Position numbers and translations under genes: made by a program. From positions 43,767 to 75,766 of the forward strand of contig JAFSIK010000035.1 in the NCBI GenBank assembly GCA_017439805.1: a stretch of 32,000 nucleotides of DNA. Direction: 5' to 3'. Below are positions 9,245-17,375 of this stretch, piece by piece. Each line of letters starts with the position of its first letter. Within the stretch, counting starts at the first letter, position 1. Source of the stretch: Oscillospiraceae bacterium (GTDB taxonomy: Bacteria > Bacillota > Clostridia > Oscillospirales > Oscillospiraceae). The notes beneath the pieces are model-generated. The model worked only from the letters and a program-made list of their open reading frames with translations. It ran no database searches and had not been told where the DNA came from.

Positions 9245-9917
9245 ATACAGCACCTTAAAGGGACTGGTTCTGCGTGAGGTGGCGTGGAAGGAGAGCGACA
9301 AGCTCCTTACCGTCCTCACCGATGCCCGGGGCAAGCGTCTTATGACCGCCCGGGGGGCAAAAAGTCCCAAAAGCCGCAAAAGAGCCGCCTGTCAGGCGCT
9401 GACCTACGCCGAATTCACCGTTTCCGAGCGCCGTGACCGGATGGAAATTTCCGAGGCAAGGGTGCTGGAGCCCTTTCTGGCTTTGAGAGGCGACGTGGAG
9501 CTTCTGGCTCTGGGAAGCTATTTCTGTCAGGTGCTTGAAACGGTAAGTCAGGAAGACCTTGAAAGTCCGGAGCTTCTGCGCCTTGGACTAAACTCCCTCT
9601 ACGCCCTTGGCGCCGGTCGGGACAGGGACATTGTCAAGGCCGCCTTTGAGCTGCGGCTCTGCGCCGAGGCGGGCTTCGGCCCGGAGCCGGACTGGGTGGC
9701 GGAGATGCCCGTGGGTACGGGATTTCCACCCATCGAGACCGCCGGCTGCGCCGCCGCCGTGGAGCATATTGCCGGCTGCGAGGCGAAAAAGCTTTTTTCC
9801 TTTGACATAACCGGCGACGCCCGGCGGGAGCTTTGCGCTCTGGCAGAGAGCTGGGTGTGCAGCCGCCTTGAAACGGGATTTTCAACTCTGGATTTTTATA
9901 AATCCATAAAGATTTAA
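9234..9917 (+). CDS. recO: DNA repair protein RecO
   Basis: Overlaps the era stop. The product is 227 aa with a RecO N-terminal OB-fold pattern (GLVLREVAWKESDKLLTVLT). The era-recO order is conserved. Confidence 0.9.
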   Translation: MSSEYSTLKGLVLREVAWKESDKLLTVLTDARGKRLMTARGAKSPKSRKRAACQALTYAEFTVSERRDRMEISEARVLEPFLALRGDVELLALGSYFCQVLETVSQEDLESPELLRLGLNSLYALGAGRDRDIVKAAFELRLCAEAGFGPEPDWVAEMPVGTGFPPIETAGCAAAVEHIAGCEAKKLFSFDITGDARRELCALAESWVCSRLETGFSTLDFYKSIKI

Positions 9918-9920
9918 AAT

Positions 9921-9970
9921 GCCTTCCCCTTGAGGGGAAGGTGGCGCGAAGCAACGGATGAGGAGAATTT
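9921..9970 (+). repeat. REP-like ~50-nt unit (family A), single copy downstream of recO
   Basis: GCCTTCCCCTTGAGGGGAAGG...GGATGAGGAGAAT shares its ends (GnCTTCnCCTTGAGG ... GATGAGGnGAAT) with the three tandem units at 29989-30138. It contains the hairpin CCTTCCCC-ttga-GGGGAAGG (9922-9941). Confidence 0.6.
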
Positions 9971-10380
9971 GCGCGCCTGCCGGCGCGCGGGGACGTTTGT
10001 ACTTTTTCTGCTTGCCCAGAAAAAGGGTGTCAAAGACACCTTTTGCGGCGCAATTTGACTGTTCCGCCTTTCAAAGGGCTGTCGCGGCTGCGCCTCAGCG
10101 TTTCAAGAGTATTGTACCCTCTGTGTCAAAGACACCTTTTATGGAGCCCCGCGAAAACATTGGTTTTCGTGGGGAAAGGAGGAGCAAGGAAGCGGAGCGC
10201 CGGGCGACCGGACAGGAAGCCCTGCGCGGGGCGGACTTTGCGACCACGCCGTCCCTCCCCGGGACCCCACCCCCGACCCACACAGTCCGGAGGGGATATT
10301 TGCCGCTGCCTGCGCCCCAAGGACCTGCGCAGGGTGCGAATATTGAGCTTGTGCACCCGACGAAAGGCCGGCGGCCGGGG
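9971..10380 (+). repeat. structured GC-rich intergenic element, family B copy 1 (carries a ~225 bp internal insertion)
   Basis: 9971-10025 matches 13453-13507 (55 nt, 3 differences). 10250-10376 matches 13557-13683 (by eye roughly 85-90 %). 10026-10250 has no counterpart in copy 3. Confidence 0.6.
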
Positions 10381-10443
10381 TAAGTAGGTTTGTTAAGAGT
10401 AAAACGGAGCGATCAGCGCAACTCTTGTTGTGAAGGATGTTGT

Positions 10444-10596
10444 TCCCCCACCCTCTGTTGGCATAGAGGGTGGGGGTCAAGGGGGAGGGTTGAATATCTC
10501 CCGGATCCTGAAACCCTCCCCCTTGCGTCTTCTTTTTCTCACTTTTTCTGGACGAGCAGAAAAAGTGAATCGTCCCTGCGTCCCCAGCGGCGCAAA
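10444..10596 (-). repeat. family B copy 2, inverted and partial
   Basis: The reverse complement aligns with 13453-13600. It has the same CTTTTTCTG-N6-CAGAAAAAG hairpin, the same long GGGGAGGG/CCCTCCCC hairpin with a 20-nt loop, and the same CCCCACCC block. Confidence 0.6.
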
Positions 10597-10619
10597 CTCC
10601 CCCCACAAAGGAGCACATT

Positions 10620-13004
10620 ATGAACGAGCTTTTTGAAAAATCCATGCACACGCTGGAGCTTCCGGCGGTGCTGAATATGCTGTCCGCCTGCGCCGTAAGC
10701 GCCGGCGCCAAGGAGCTGTGCGCCGCCCTGCGCCCCACAAGCGACAGGGACGAGGCTCTGCGCCGCCTTGCCGAGACCGACGGCGCCTGCAAGTATCTGG
10801 CTCTGGGCGCCGCGCCTCATTTTTCCGGTGTGAAGGACGTGGGCGCCTCTCTTATGAGAGCGGATATGGGCGGAAGTCTTAACCCCAGAGAGCTTCTGGA
10901 CATCGCGGGGGTGCTTCGCTCGGCCCGTATGACCCGTGAGCACGCCGGAGGCGGCGGGGAAAGCACAGCCATCGACGGACTTTTCCACGCCCTGCAGGTA
11001 AACCGCCATCTGGAGGAAAAAATTACAAACTCCATCATCTCCGAGGAGGAGATTGCCGACGCGGCAAGTCCGGAGCTGGCCTCAATCCGCCGGCATATCC
11101 GCGCCGCAAACGACAAAATCCGCTCCAGCCTGCAGAAAATCATCTCCAACACCGCCTACGCCAAATTTTTGCAGGAGCCCATCATCACCATCCGCTCCGA
11201 CAGGTACGTTGTGCCGGTGAAGGCCGAGTGCAAAAGCCAGATCCCCGGCCTTGTTCACGACATTTCCTCCTCCGGAGCCACGGTTTTCGTGGAGCCCATG
11301 CAGGTGGTGGCGGCAAACAACGAGATAAAAGAGCTTTTCGCCAGGGAAAAGCTTGAAATAGACCGCATTCTTGCGGAGCTTTCCGCCGACTGCGCCGCCT
11401 GCCGGGGGGAGATAGTCATGGACTACAACCTGCTGGTGCAGCTGGATTTCATCTTCGCCAAGGGTCAGCTTTCCTACAAAATGAACGCCATGACCCCCAA
11501 GCTTTCCGACAGAAACTCCGTGGTTTTGCGCAGAGCACGCCATCCCCTGCTGGACAGAAAAACCGCCGTGCCCATCACCATCGAGCTGGGCCGTGCCTTT
11601 GACACCCTCATAATCACCGGCCCCAACACCGGCGGCAAGACCGTGGCGATAAAGACCCTTGGTCTGCTCAGTCTGATGGCGGGCTGCGGACTGAACATCC
11701 CCGCCGACGACGGCAGCCAGGTCTGTCTTTTTGAAGCGGTGCTCTCGGACATCGGCGACGAGCAGAGTATCGAGCAGAGTCTTTCCACCTTTTCGGCTCA
11801 CATGGTCACCATCGTGGGCATTCTGAAAGAGTGCGGCCCGGGTACCCTGCTGCTTTTCGACGAGCTGGGAGCCGGCACCGACCCCGTCGAGGGCGCGGCC
11901 CTGGCGGTGTCCATCATCGAGCAGGCAAGAAAAACCGGCGCCCTTATCGCCGCCACCACCCACTACGCGGAGCTGAAGGTCTATGCCCTCAGCACCCCGG
12001 GGGTTGAAAACGCCAGCTGTGAATTTGACGTGGCCACCCTGCGTCCCACCTACCGCCTGCTTATCGGCGTGCCGGGCAAATCCAACGCCTTTGCCATAAG
12101 CCGCAGACTTGGTCTGGACGAAAAGATAATTGATGCCGCCCAGGCTCAGATAGGCCAGTCCCAGAGGGATTTCGAGGACGTTATCGACCGGCTGGAGCAG
12201 CAGCGTCAGCAGATGGAAAGAGCCAAGGAAGAGGCGGAGCAGCTCCGCCGTGAGACCGCCGAAATAAACGAAACCTCCCGCAAGTACCGGGAGGAAATCG
12301 AAAAAGAGCGGCGGAAGGCTCTGGATACCGCCAAAAACGAGGCCCGCCAGATTATCGACGACGCCCGCGCCGCCGCGGACAAGGCCTTCAAGGAACTCAA
12401 TCAGATGCGAAAGGCCGACCTGAAAAACACCGACTGGAACCAGGTCAATCAGCAGCGCGCCAAGCTTCGCGGGGACTTAAACGCCGCCTCCGACGCCATA
12501 GGCAAGGAGGAGGCTCCCCCTCCGCCGCCTCCCTCCAGCCGCCCCGCCAAAAAGGGCGACACCGTTATGCTCATCAAGGCCGGAAACGTGCGGGCCACCG
12601 TTCTGGAGGTGGAAAAGGACGGCACCCTGCGTCTGCAGGCGGGCATTATGAAAACCGCCGCAAAGCAGGAGGACGTGCGTCTTGTGGAAAACGAGCCCTC
12701 CAACTCCTCCGTCAAGCGCATCATAAAGGAAAGCAAGGTCAAGCTGCCCCCCAGAGCCTCCGCCGCACCCAGCGTTGACCTGCGGGGCATGACCATCACC
12801 GAAGCCATCGACGAGGTGGAAAATTTCCTTGACACGGCCATGCTTGCAAACCTTGACGTGGTGACCATAATCCACGGCAAGGGCACCGGCGCCCTGCGCG
12901 CCGCGGTGCAGCAGCATCTGAAAACCATGAAGAGCGTCAAAAGCTTCCGCCCGGGCCGCTACGGCGAGGGCGAGGACGGCGTAACGGTGGTTGAGCTGAA
13001 ATAA
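10620..13004 (+). CDS. mutS2: endonuclease MutS2
   Basis: 794 aa. AAAGGAG lies 6 nt upstream of the ATG. MutS ATPase motifs (ITGPNTGGKT, LLLFDELGAGTDP), a coiled-coil linker and a C-terminal Smr domain (VDLRGMT...IIHGKGTGALR). Confidence 0.95.
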   Translation: MNELFEKSMHTLELPAVLNMLSACAVSAGAKELCAALRPTSDRDEALRRLAETDGACKYLALGAAPHFSGVKDVGASLMRADMGGSLNPRELLDIAGVLRSARMTREHAGGGGESTAIDGLFHALQVNRHLEEKITNSIISEEEIADAASPELASIRRHIRAANDKIRSSLQKIISNTAYAKFLQEPIITIRSDRYVVPVKAECKSQIPGLVHDISSSGATVFVEPMQVVAANNEIKELFAREKLEIDRILAELSADCAACRGEIVMDYNLLVQLDFIFAKGQLSYKMNAMTPKLSDRNSVVLRRARHPLLDRKTAVPITIELGRAFDTLIITGPNTGGKTVAIKTLGLLSLMAGCGLNIPADDGSQVCLFEAVLSDIGDEQSIEQSLSTFSAHMVTIVGILKECGPGTLLLFDELGAGTDPVEGAALAVSIIEQARKTGALIAATTHYAELKVYALSTPGVENASCEFDVATLRPTYRLLIGVPGKSNAFAISRRLGLDEKIIDAAQAQIGQSQRDFEDVIDRLEQQRQQMERAKEEAEQLRRETAEINETSRKYREEIEKERRKALDTAKNEARQIIDDARAAADKAFKELNQMRKADLKNTDWNQVNQQRAKLRGDLNAASDAIGKEEAPPPPPPSSRPAKKGDTVMLIKAGNVRATVLEVEKDGTLRLQAGIMKTAAKQEDVRLVENEPSNSSVKRIIKESKVKLPPRASAAPSVDLRGMTITEAIDEVENFLDTAMLANLDVVTIIHGKGTGALRAAVQQHLKTMKSVKSFRPGRYGEGEDGVTVVELK

Positions 13005-13062
13005 CTGGCATTTTCCACAATATTAAGACCCTGCCAAGGCTGCGTATTATCCTTTTTACACA

Positions 13063-13091
13063 TTGACGGCGAAAAAATTATTTGATAAAAT
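13063..13091 (+). promoter_or_regulatory. sigma-A type promoter for ptsH
   Basis: TTGACG (13063-13068), a 17-nt spacer, and an extended -10 TGaTAAAAT (13083-13091). It lies about 30 nt upstream of the ptsH RBS. Confidence 0.55.
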
Positions 13092-13123
13092 ATTCAACGG
13101 AAATATTATCGGGAGGTATAAAA

Positions 13124-13387
13124 ATGGTCATTAAGGAAACCACCGTAAACAATCAGGTAGGCCTCCACGCCCGTCCCGCCACTTTCTTTATCCAGAAGGC
13201 CAACGAGTTCAAGTGCTCCATCTGGATGGAAAAAGACGAGCGCCGCGTTAACGCCAAAAGTCTGCTGGGCGTTCTTTCCCTGGGCATCATCAAGGGTACT
13301 GCGGTGACCATCATCGCCGAAGGTCCCGATGAACAGGAAGCCGTTGACGAGCTGGCAGCTCTTATAAACAGCAATTTTTCCGAGTAA
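13124..13387 (+). CDS. ptsH: phosphocarrier protein HPr
   Basis: ORF trimmed to the ATG at 13124 (GGGAGG upstream). His15 motif GLHARPA and Ser46 motif NAKSLLGVLSLG. Confidence 0.9.
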   Translation: MVIKETTVNNQVGLHARPATFFIQKANEFKCSIWMEKDERRVNAKSLLGVLSLGIIKGTAVTIIAEGPDEQEAVDELAALINSNFSE

Positions 13388-13399
13388 TTTTTAAAACCG

Positions 13400-13431
13400 A
13401 TACCCCGACCGCAAGGCCGGGGTATTTTTTT
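13400..13431 (+). terminator. intrinsic terminator after ptsH
   Basis: ATACCCCGACC-gcaa-GGCCGGGGTAT (one mismatch) followed by seven T. Confidence 0.8.
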
Positions 13432-13452
13432 GTCGGTGAAAATTTTTTTATT

Positions 13453-13685
13453 GCGCGTCTGCGGACGCGCGGGGACGTTTGTACTTTTTCTGCTTGCCCA
13501 GAAAAAGATACCAAAAAGAGGGCACCCGGGGAGGGACTCAGGATTTGGCAAATATTCGTCCCTCCCCGGGACCCCACCCCCGGCCCACACAGTCCGGAGA
13601 ATATATTTGCCGCTGCCTGCGCCCCAGACACCTGGGTAGGGTGCAAACTTTGGGCTTGTGCACCCGGCGAAAGGCCGGCGGGGGT
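13453..13685 (+). repeat. family B copy 3 (most compact, apparently complete)
   Basis: See copies 1 and 2. It contains hairpins GCGCGTC-tgcg-GACGCGC, CTTTTTCTG-cttgcc-CAGAAAAAG, CCCGGGGAGGGAC-N20-GTCCCTCCCCGGG (13525-13570) and GGGTGC-N15-GCACCC. Confidence 0.6.
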
Positions 13686-13752
13686 CGGCGGACAAAAAAG
13701 GCTTATCCGCCCGGGGACGGTGTCGGGTGCGCGCAGTCCGTTTTATGGGACA

Positions 13753-13792
13753 CCTCCTTTGTTAATCTGGTATCAGATAAAACAAAAGGAGG
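13753..13792 (+). promoter_or_regulatory. Shine-Dalgarno-sequestering hairpin upstream of the 44-aa ORF
   Basis: CCTCCTTTGTTAATCTG-gtat-CAGATAAAACAAAAGGAGG gives about 16 bp with one small internal loop and one bulge. The 3' arm contains the AAGGAGG located 7 nt before the ATG at 13800. Confidence 0.45.
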
Positions 13793-13799
13793 ATTTTTT

Positions 13800-13934
13800 A
13801 TGCTGATTTTTATGCTTGCCGCCTTTATCATCGTGTTCGGGGGCGGCGCTCTGGACGCCTTTCTCACAAACCGCAAAAAACGCGCCCGGGGGCGACGCCG
13901 GCGCTCTTTACCCCGGGGCAGTTATACTGTATAA
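13800..13934 (+). CDS. 44-aa peptide: N-terminal hydrophobic helix plus Arg/Lys-rich tail (candidate type I toxin-like or small membrane protein)
   Basis: ATG has a strong AAGGAGG at 7-nt spacing. Sequence MLIFMLAAFIIVFGGGALDAFLTNRKKRARGRRRRSLPRGSYTV. This is the 3' part of ORF-track entry 13479..13934, whose upstream part lies in the repeat element and is not credible as coding. Confidence 0.45.
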   Translation: MLIFMLAAFIIVFGGGALDAFLTNRKKRARGRRRRSLPRGSYTV

Positions 13935-13937
13935 TAA

Positions 13938-14069
13938 ATGACAGTTATTTTCCTTATTATTATATTTTTTCTCTTAATCGCGGCAGCCGCGGGTCTGGTT
14001 ATATTACTTCAGCTCTTCGGCATTGTTTTCGGCTGCATCATAAAAATGATTTGCGGGAAAAAATATTAA
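13938..14069 (+). CDS. possible 43-aa hydrophobic peptide (weak call)
   Basis: ATG at 13938, sequence MTVIFLIIIFFLLIAAAAGLVILLQLFGIVFGCIIKMICGKKY. No recognisable RBS and an AT-rich context. It may be non-coding. Confidence 0.2.
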   Translation: MTVIFLIIIFFLLIAAAAGLVILLQLFGIVFGCIIKMICGKKY

Positions 14070-14084
14070 ATCGGAGGGCTTGCG

Positions 14085-17000
14085 GTGATAACTCTCCTTC
14101 TGGGCCGCTCGGGCAGCGGCAAAACGGGTAAAATCATAAACTCCATCGGGGAAAACGCCCGCCGGGGCGAAAAGGGGCAGCTGCTTATCGTGCCGCCCCA
14201 GTTCACCCACGAAACCGAACGCCGCCTGTGTCAGCGCGGCGGGGACAGCATTTGCCTCAGCGCCGAAGTGCTCAGCTTCGAGCGGCTGGGGCAGCGGGTC
14301 TTTTCCCAGGTGGGCGGCGGAGGCAGGCAGCTGCTGGATCTGCCGGGACGGCTGCTTATAATGCGTCTGGCAATAAAAAGCGTGGAGGGCAGTCTGCAGG
14401 TATACTCCGGCCTGTCCAGACCCCACGCCCTGCAAAGCGCCCTTGAAATGGTGGAGGAGCTGGAAAGCTGCGCCGTGACCCCTGCCGACCTTGAAAGAGC
14501 CGGGGCGGAGGCAGGCGGCTCTCTGGGCAAAAAATTAAATGACGCCGCCCTTATTCTGGCGGCTTACGACGCCCTTTTGTCCACCGGTCTTTCCGACCGG
14601 CTCCACGATATGGCGCGCCTTTGCCGCGCTCTGGAGTGCTCGGATTTCGCCGCGGGAAAGAAAATCTACGCCGACGGCTTCGGGTGGTTTACCGCTCTTG
14701 AGCAGGAGTGTCTGTACCAGCTTGTCCGGGGCGGAGCGGAGCTGACGGTGTCGGTGACCTGGGACGAGGACGACGAGGCCTTTATGCTCCAGCGCCGTGC
14801 CCTGGGAGCGGTGCGCCGCATCGCACAGCGCGCCGGGAAAAAGGTGCGCACAATCTGGTGCGAAAAAACGGGAAACAAGCCGGAAAGTCTTGAATTTATC
14901 GAGGAAAATTTCTTCGCCGGAGAGGTTAAAAAATTCGGCGGAAAATGTGATAACATCCGCCTTTATCTGGCGGAGGACCCCTTTGCCGAGTGCCGTCTGG
15001 CGGCGGCACGGGCGGTGGAGCTGGTGCGCAAGGAGGGTCTGCGCTGGCGTGACATCGTGGTGGCCTGCCGTGGTATGGAAAATTACGCCCCCATGCTGGA
15101 GCGTGTCTTTGCCTGGGAGGGCGTGCCCCTTTTCGTCAGCGCCGCCTATGGCGTGGACAAAAAGCCGGAGTGCGCCTTTTTGCTAAACGCCCTTGACGCG
15201 GCGGAGGGCGGATGGCGGCAGGAGGAGGTCATCGCCGCCCTGAAAACCGGCCTTGGCGCTTTGGAGCCGGAAGAACTGGACATTTTGGAAAACTATGCCC
15301 GTATGTGGCAGATAAACGGCAGCTTTTGGCTGCGGGAGGCGGACTGGCAGTTCAACCCCGAAGGTCTCAGCGCCCCGGAAACGGAGGAGACCGCCGCCGC
15401 TCTGGAGCGGATAAATTCCCTGCGCCGGCGTGTGCGGGAGCCTCTTTTACCCCTTGCCGCCGCCGCGGACAAAACCGGCACCGCCGCAGTCCACGCCCGG
15501 GCCATATACGAATTTCTCTCCCTTTCCAAATTCCCCGAAAAGCTGCAGCAGCGCAGCCTTGAGCAGCAGGAGGCGGGACTATTGTCCCAGGCGGCTCAGT
15601 GCGGCCAGCTGTGGGGCATCATCTGCGCCGTTATGGACGAAAGCGTGGAGATTCTGGGAGAGGAAGAGCTTCCCTTCGGGGAATATTCAAGACTTCTGCG
15701 GCTGATGCTGTCGGGCAGCACCGTGGGCGCCATACCCCCCTCCCTTGACTGCGTCACCGCCTCGGATATCTCCCTGCTGGGTCAGAAGGACATAAAGGCT
15801 CTCATTTTCATCGGCGCCGACGAAAGCGCCCTGCCCGCCGCCACGGAGCCTCCCGGGCTTTTCACCCAGAGCGAGCGGCGGGGACTTTCCGCCCTTGACC
15901 TTGAACTGGGAGACGCGGAAAACCGCCTTGCACAGGCGGAAATGAGCTATATTTACTCCATTCTTGCAAAACCCAAGCACTCCATCACCCTTTCACGCCC
16001 CGCCGTTCCCCCGGGGGGCGAGGGAGGCGCGCCCAGCTTTGTTTTCACAAGGCTGGCGGAGATGTTTGACCTTGAAATTGAAAATTTCCGGCGCTGGCAG
16101 GAGCTGGACGGAGCCATGACCTCTGCGGGAGTTGCCCGCCTTGCCCGCTGTCCGGAGGGAGCGGAGGCGGCGGAGCTTCTGGCGGAAAGGGGTCAGTTTG
16201 CCCCGGCGGAAACCAGCCGCGGCTCCATCGGCGCCGCCGCGAAAGAGCTTTACGGCCGGGAAATTTTCCTTACCCCCTCCCGGGCGGAGCGCTTCGCCCT
16301 GTGTCCATTCTCATACTTTATGGAGTACGGTCTGAAGGCAAAGCCGGAGCGTCCGGCCTCCTTCGACGCGCCGGAAATAGGCGTTTTCACCCACTATCTG
16401 CTGGAAAACACCCTGCGTGAAGCGGGGGAAGCGGGGGGCTTCAAGGCTCTGACCGGTGAGCAGGTGGACGCCCTGGCGGACAAGTACGCCAAAAAATACA
16501 TCGCCGAGGTTTTGAAGGATTTTCAGGACAAGAGTCCCCGTTTCGTCCACCTTTTCCTGCGTCAGGCAAGGGCGGCAAAGCAGGTGGCGGCGGATATGGC
16601 GCGGGAGCTGGCTCTGGGAGAATTTTCCCCGGAAATGTTCGAGGTGAAATTCGGTCTGGGCGAGGACAGCCTGAGCGCCGTGCACATGAAAAACGAAAAA
16701 ATATCCCTGAAAATGGCCGGCGTGGCTGACAGGGTTGACCTGTGGCGCCATGAGGAAAAGGTTTACATCCGGGTGGTGGATTACAAAACCGGCGCCAAGG
16801 ATTTCCGCCTGTCGGATTTAAGCCACGGACTGAATATGCAGCTTCTTATCTACCTTTTCGCCCTTGCGGGCCGGGGCAGGGAGCTGTTCGGCGCGGAAAC
16901 GGTCAGCGCCGGCGCCCTGTACTGCCCCGCTCACCCGGCTCAGGCCGACGCGAAAAACAGCCTGGCCTCCCCGGGAGAGCCTCCGGCTCTTCAGCGCAGC

Positions 17001-17375
17001 GGTCTGGTGCTGCTGGACGAGCAGGTAATCGACGCCATGGAGGAAAATATTCAGGGCAAGGGCACCTATCTGCCCGTTAAGGTCAGCGGAGAGGAAATTT
17101 CCGGCAGCGTGGCAAGCAGGGAGGAAATGGAGCTTCTGTCGAAGCTTATAGAGGACGTTTCTCTTGAAATTGCCGGGCGCATCGCTCAGGGCGACATCGC
17201 TCCCGCGCCGAAAATCGCCGGACAGCGGGACCCCTGCGCCTGGTGTCATTACAGCGCCGCCTGCGGCGCCGCCGGGTCAGGAGACCGGATCGAGCGGGTG
17301 AAGGACGCCGATTTCTGGTGCGCCCTGCGGGAAAAATACGGCAAAAAGGCCGGAGAGGAGGACGCCTGTGGCTGA
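14085..17375 (+). CDS. addB: helicase-exonuclease AddAB, subunit AddB
   Basis: GTG at 14085 with GGAGGG upstream. N-terminal GRSGSGKT, 1096 aa, C-terminal nuclease domain with Fe-S cysteines (CPFSYF ... DPCAWCHYSAAC). It is followed by addA with overlapping stop and start. Confidence 0.9.
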   Translation: MITLLLGRSGSGKTGKIINSIGENARRGEKGQLLIVPPQFTHETERRLCQRGGDSICLSAEVLSFERLGQRVFSQVGGGGRQLLDLPGRLLIMRLAIKSVEGSLQVYSGLSRPHALQSALEMVEELESCAVTPADLERAGAEAGGSLGKKLNDAALILAAYDALLSTGLSDRLHDMARLCRALECSDFAAGKKIYADGFGWFTALEQECLYQLVRGGAELTVSVTWDEDDEAFMLQRRALGAVRRIAQRAGKKVRTIWCEKTGNKPESLEFIEENFFAGEVKKFGGKCDNIRLYLAEDPFAECRLAAARAVELVRKEGLRWRDIVVACRGMENYAPMLERVFAWEGVPLFVSAAYGVDKKPECAFLLNALDAAEGGWRQEEVIAALKTGLGALEPEELDILENYARMWQINGSFWLREADWQFNPEGLSAPETEETAAALERINSLRRRVREPLLPLAAAADKTGTAAVHARAIYEFLSLSKFPEKLQQRSLEQQEAGLLSQAAQCGQLWGIICAVMDESVEILGEEELPFGEYSRLLRLMLSGSTVGAIPPSLDCVTASDISLLGQKDIKALIFIGADESALPAATEPPGLFTQSERRGLSALDLELGDAENRLAQAEMSYIYSILAKPKHSITLSRPAVPPGGEGGAPSFVFTRLAEMFDLEIENFRRWQELDGAMTSAGVARLARCPEGAEAAELLAERGQFAPAETSRGSIGAAAKELYGREIFLTPSRAERFALCPFSYFMEYGLKAKPERPASFDAPEIGVFTHYLLENTLREAGEAGGFKALTGEQVDALADKYAKKYIAEVLKDFQDKSPRFVHLFLRQARAAKQVAADMARELALGEFSPEMFEVKFGLGEDSLSAVHMKNEKISLKMAGVADRVDLWRHEEKVYIRVVDYKTGAKDFRLSDLSHGLNMQLLIYLFALAGRGRELFGAETVSAGALYCPAHPAQADAKNSLASPGEPPALQRSGLVLLDEQVIDAMEENIQGKGTYLPVKVSGEEISGSVASREEMELLSKLIEDVSLEIAGRIAQGDIAPAPKIAGQRDPCAWCHYSAACGAAGSGDRIERVKDADFWCALREKYGKKAGEEDACG

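Noticed and set aside
9918-10619. A known housekeeping RNA (RNase P, tmRNA, SRP/4.5S, 6S) or a riboswitch hidden in the long gap
   Set aside because: I could not find the diagnostic strings, such as the GGAAAGTCC-type RNase P core, a tmRNA tag reading frame with a tRNA-like end, or the SRP GGAA tetraloop domain. The sequence is repeated elsewhere in the window, which those single-copy genes would not be. This was checked only by eye, so an Rfam scan is still warranted.
9958-10792. ORFs inside the recO-mutS2 gap (9958..10383, 10043..10387, 10139..10792, 10390..10636)
   Set aside because: They lie in the repeat elements, overlap each other in several frames and have no RBS. Their repeated peptide strings (for example GAQAAANI.SGLCG.GVGSRGGT, also seen in 13153..13695) simply reflect the nucleotide repeat. 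Substitutions between copies preserve base pairing rather than a reading frame.
13479-13799. 5' two-thirds of ORF 13479..13934 as a 151-aa protein
   Set aside because: The upstream part runs through the structured repeat and the SD-sequestering hairpin. Only the last 44 codons have a proper RBS and ATG.
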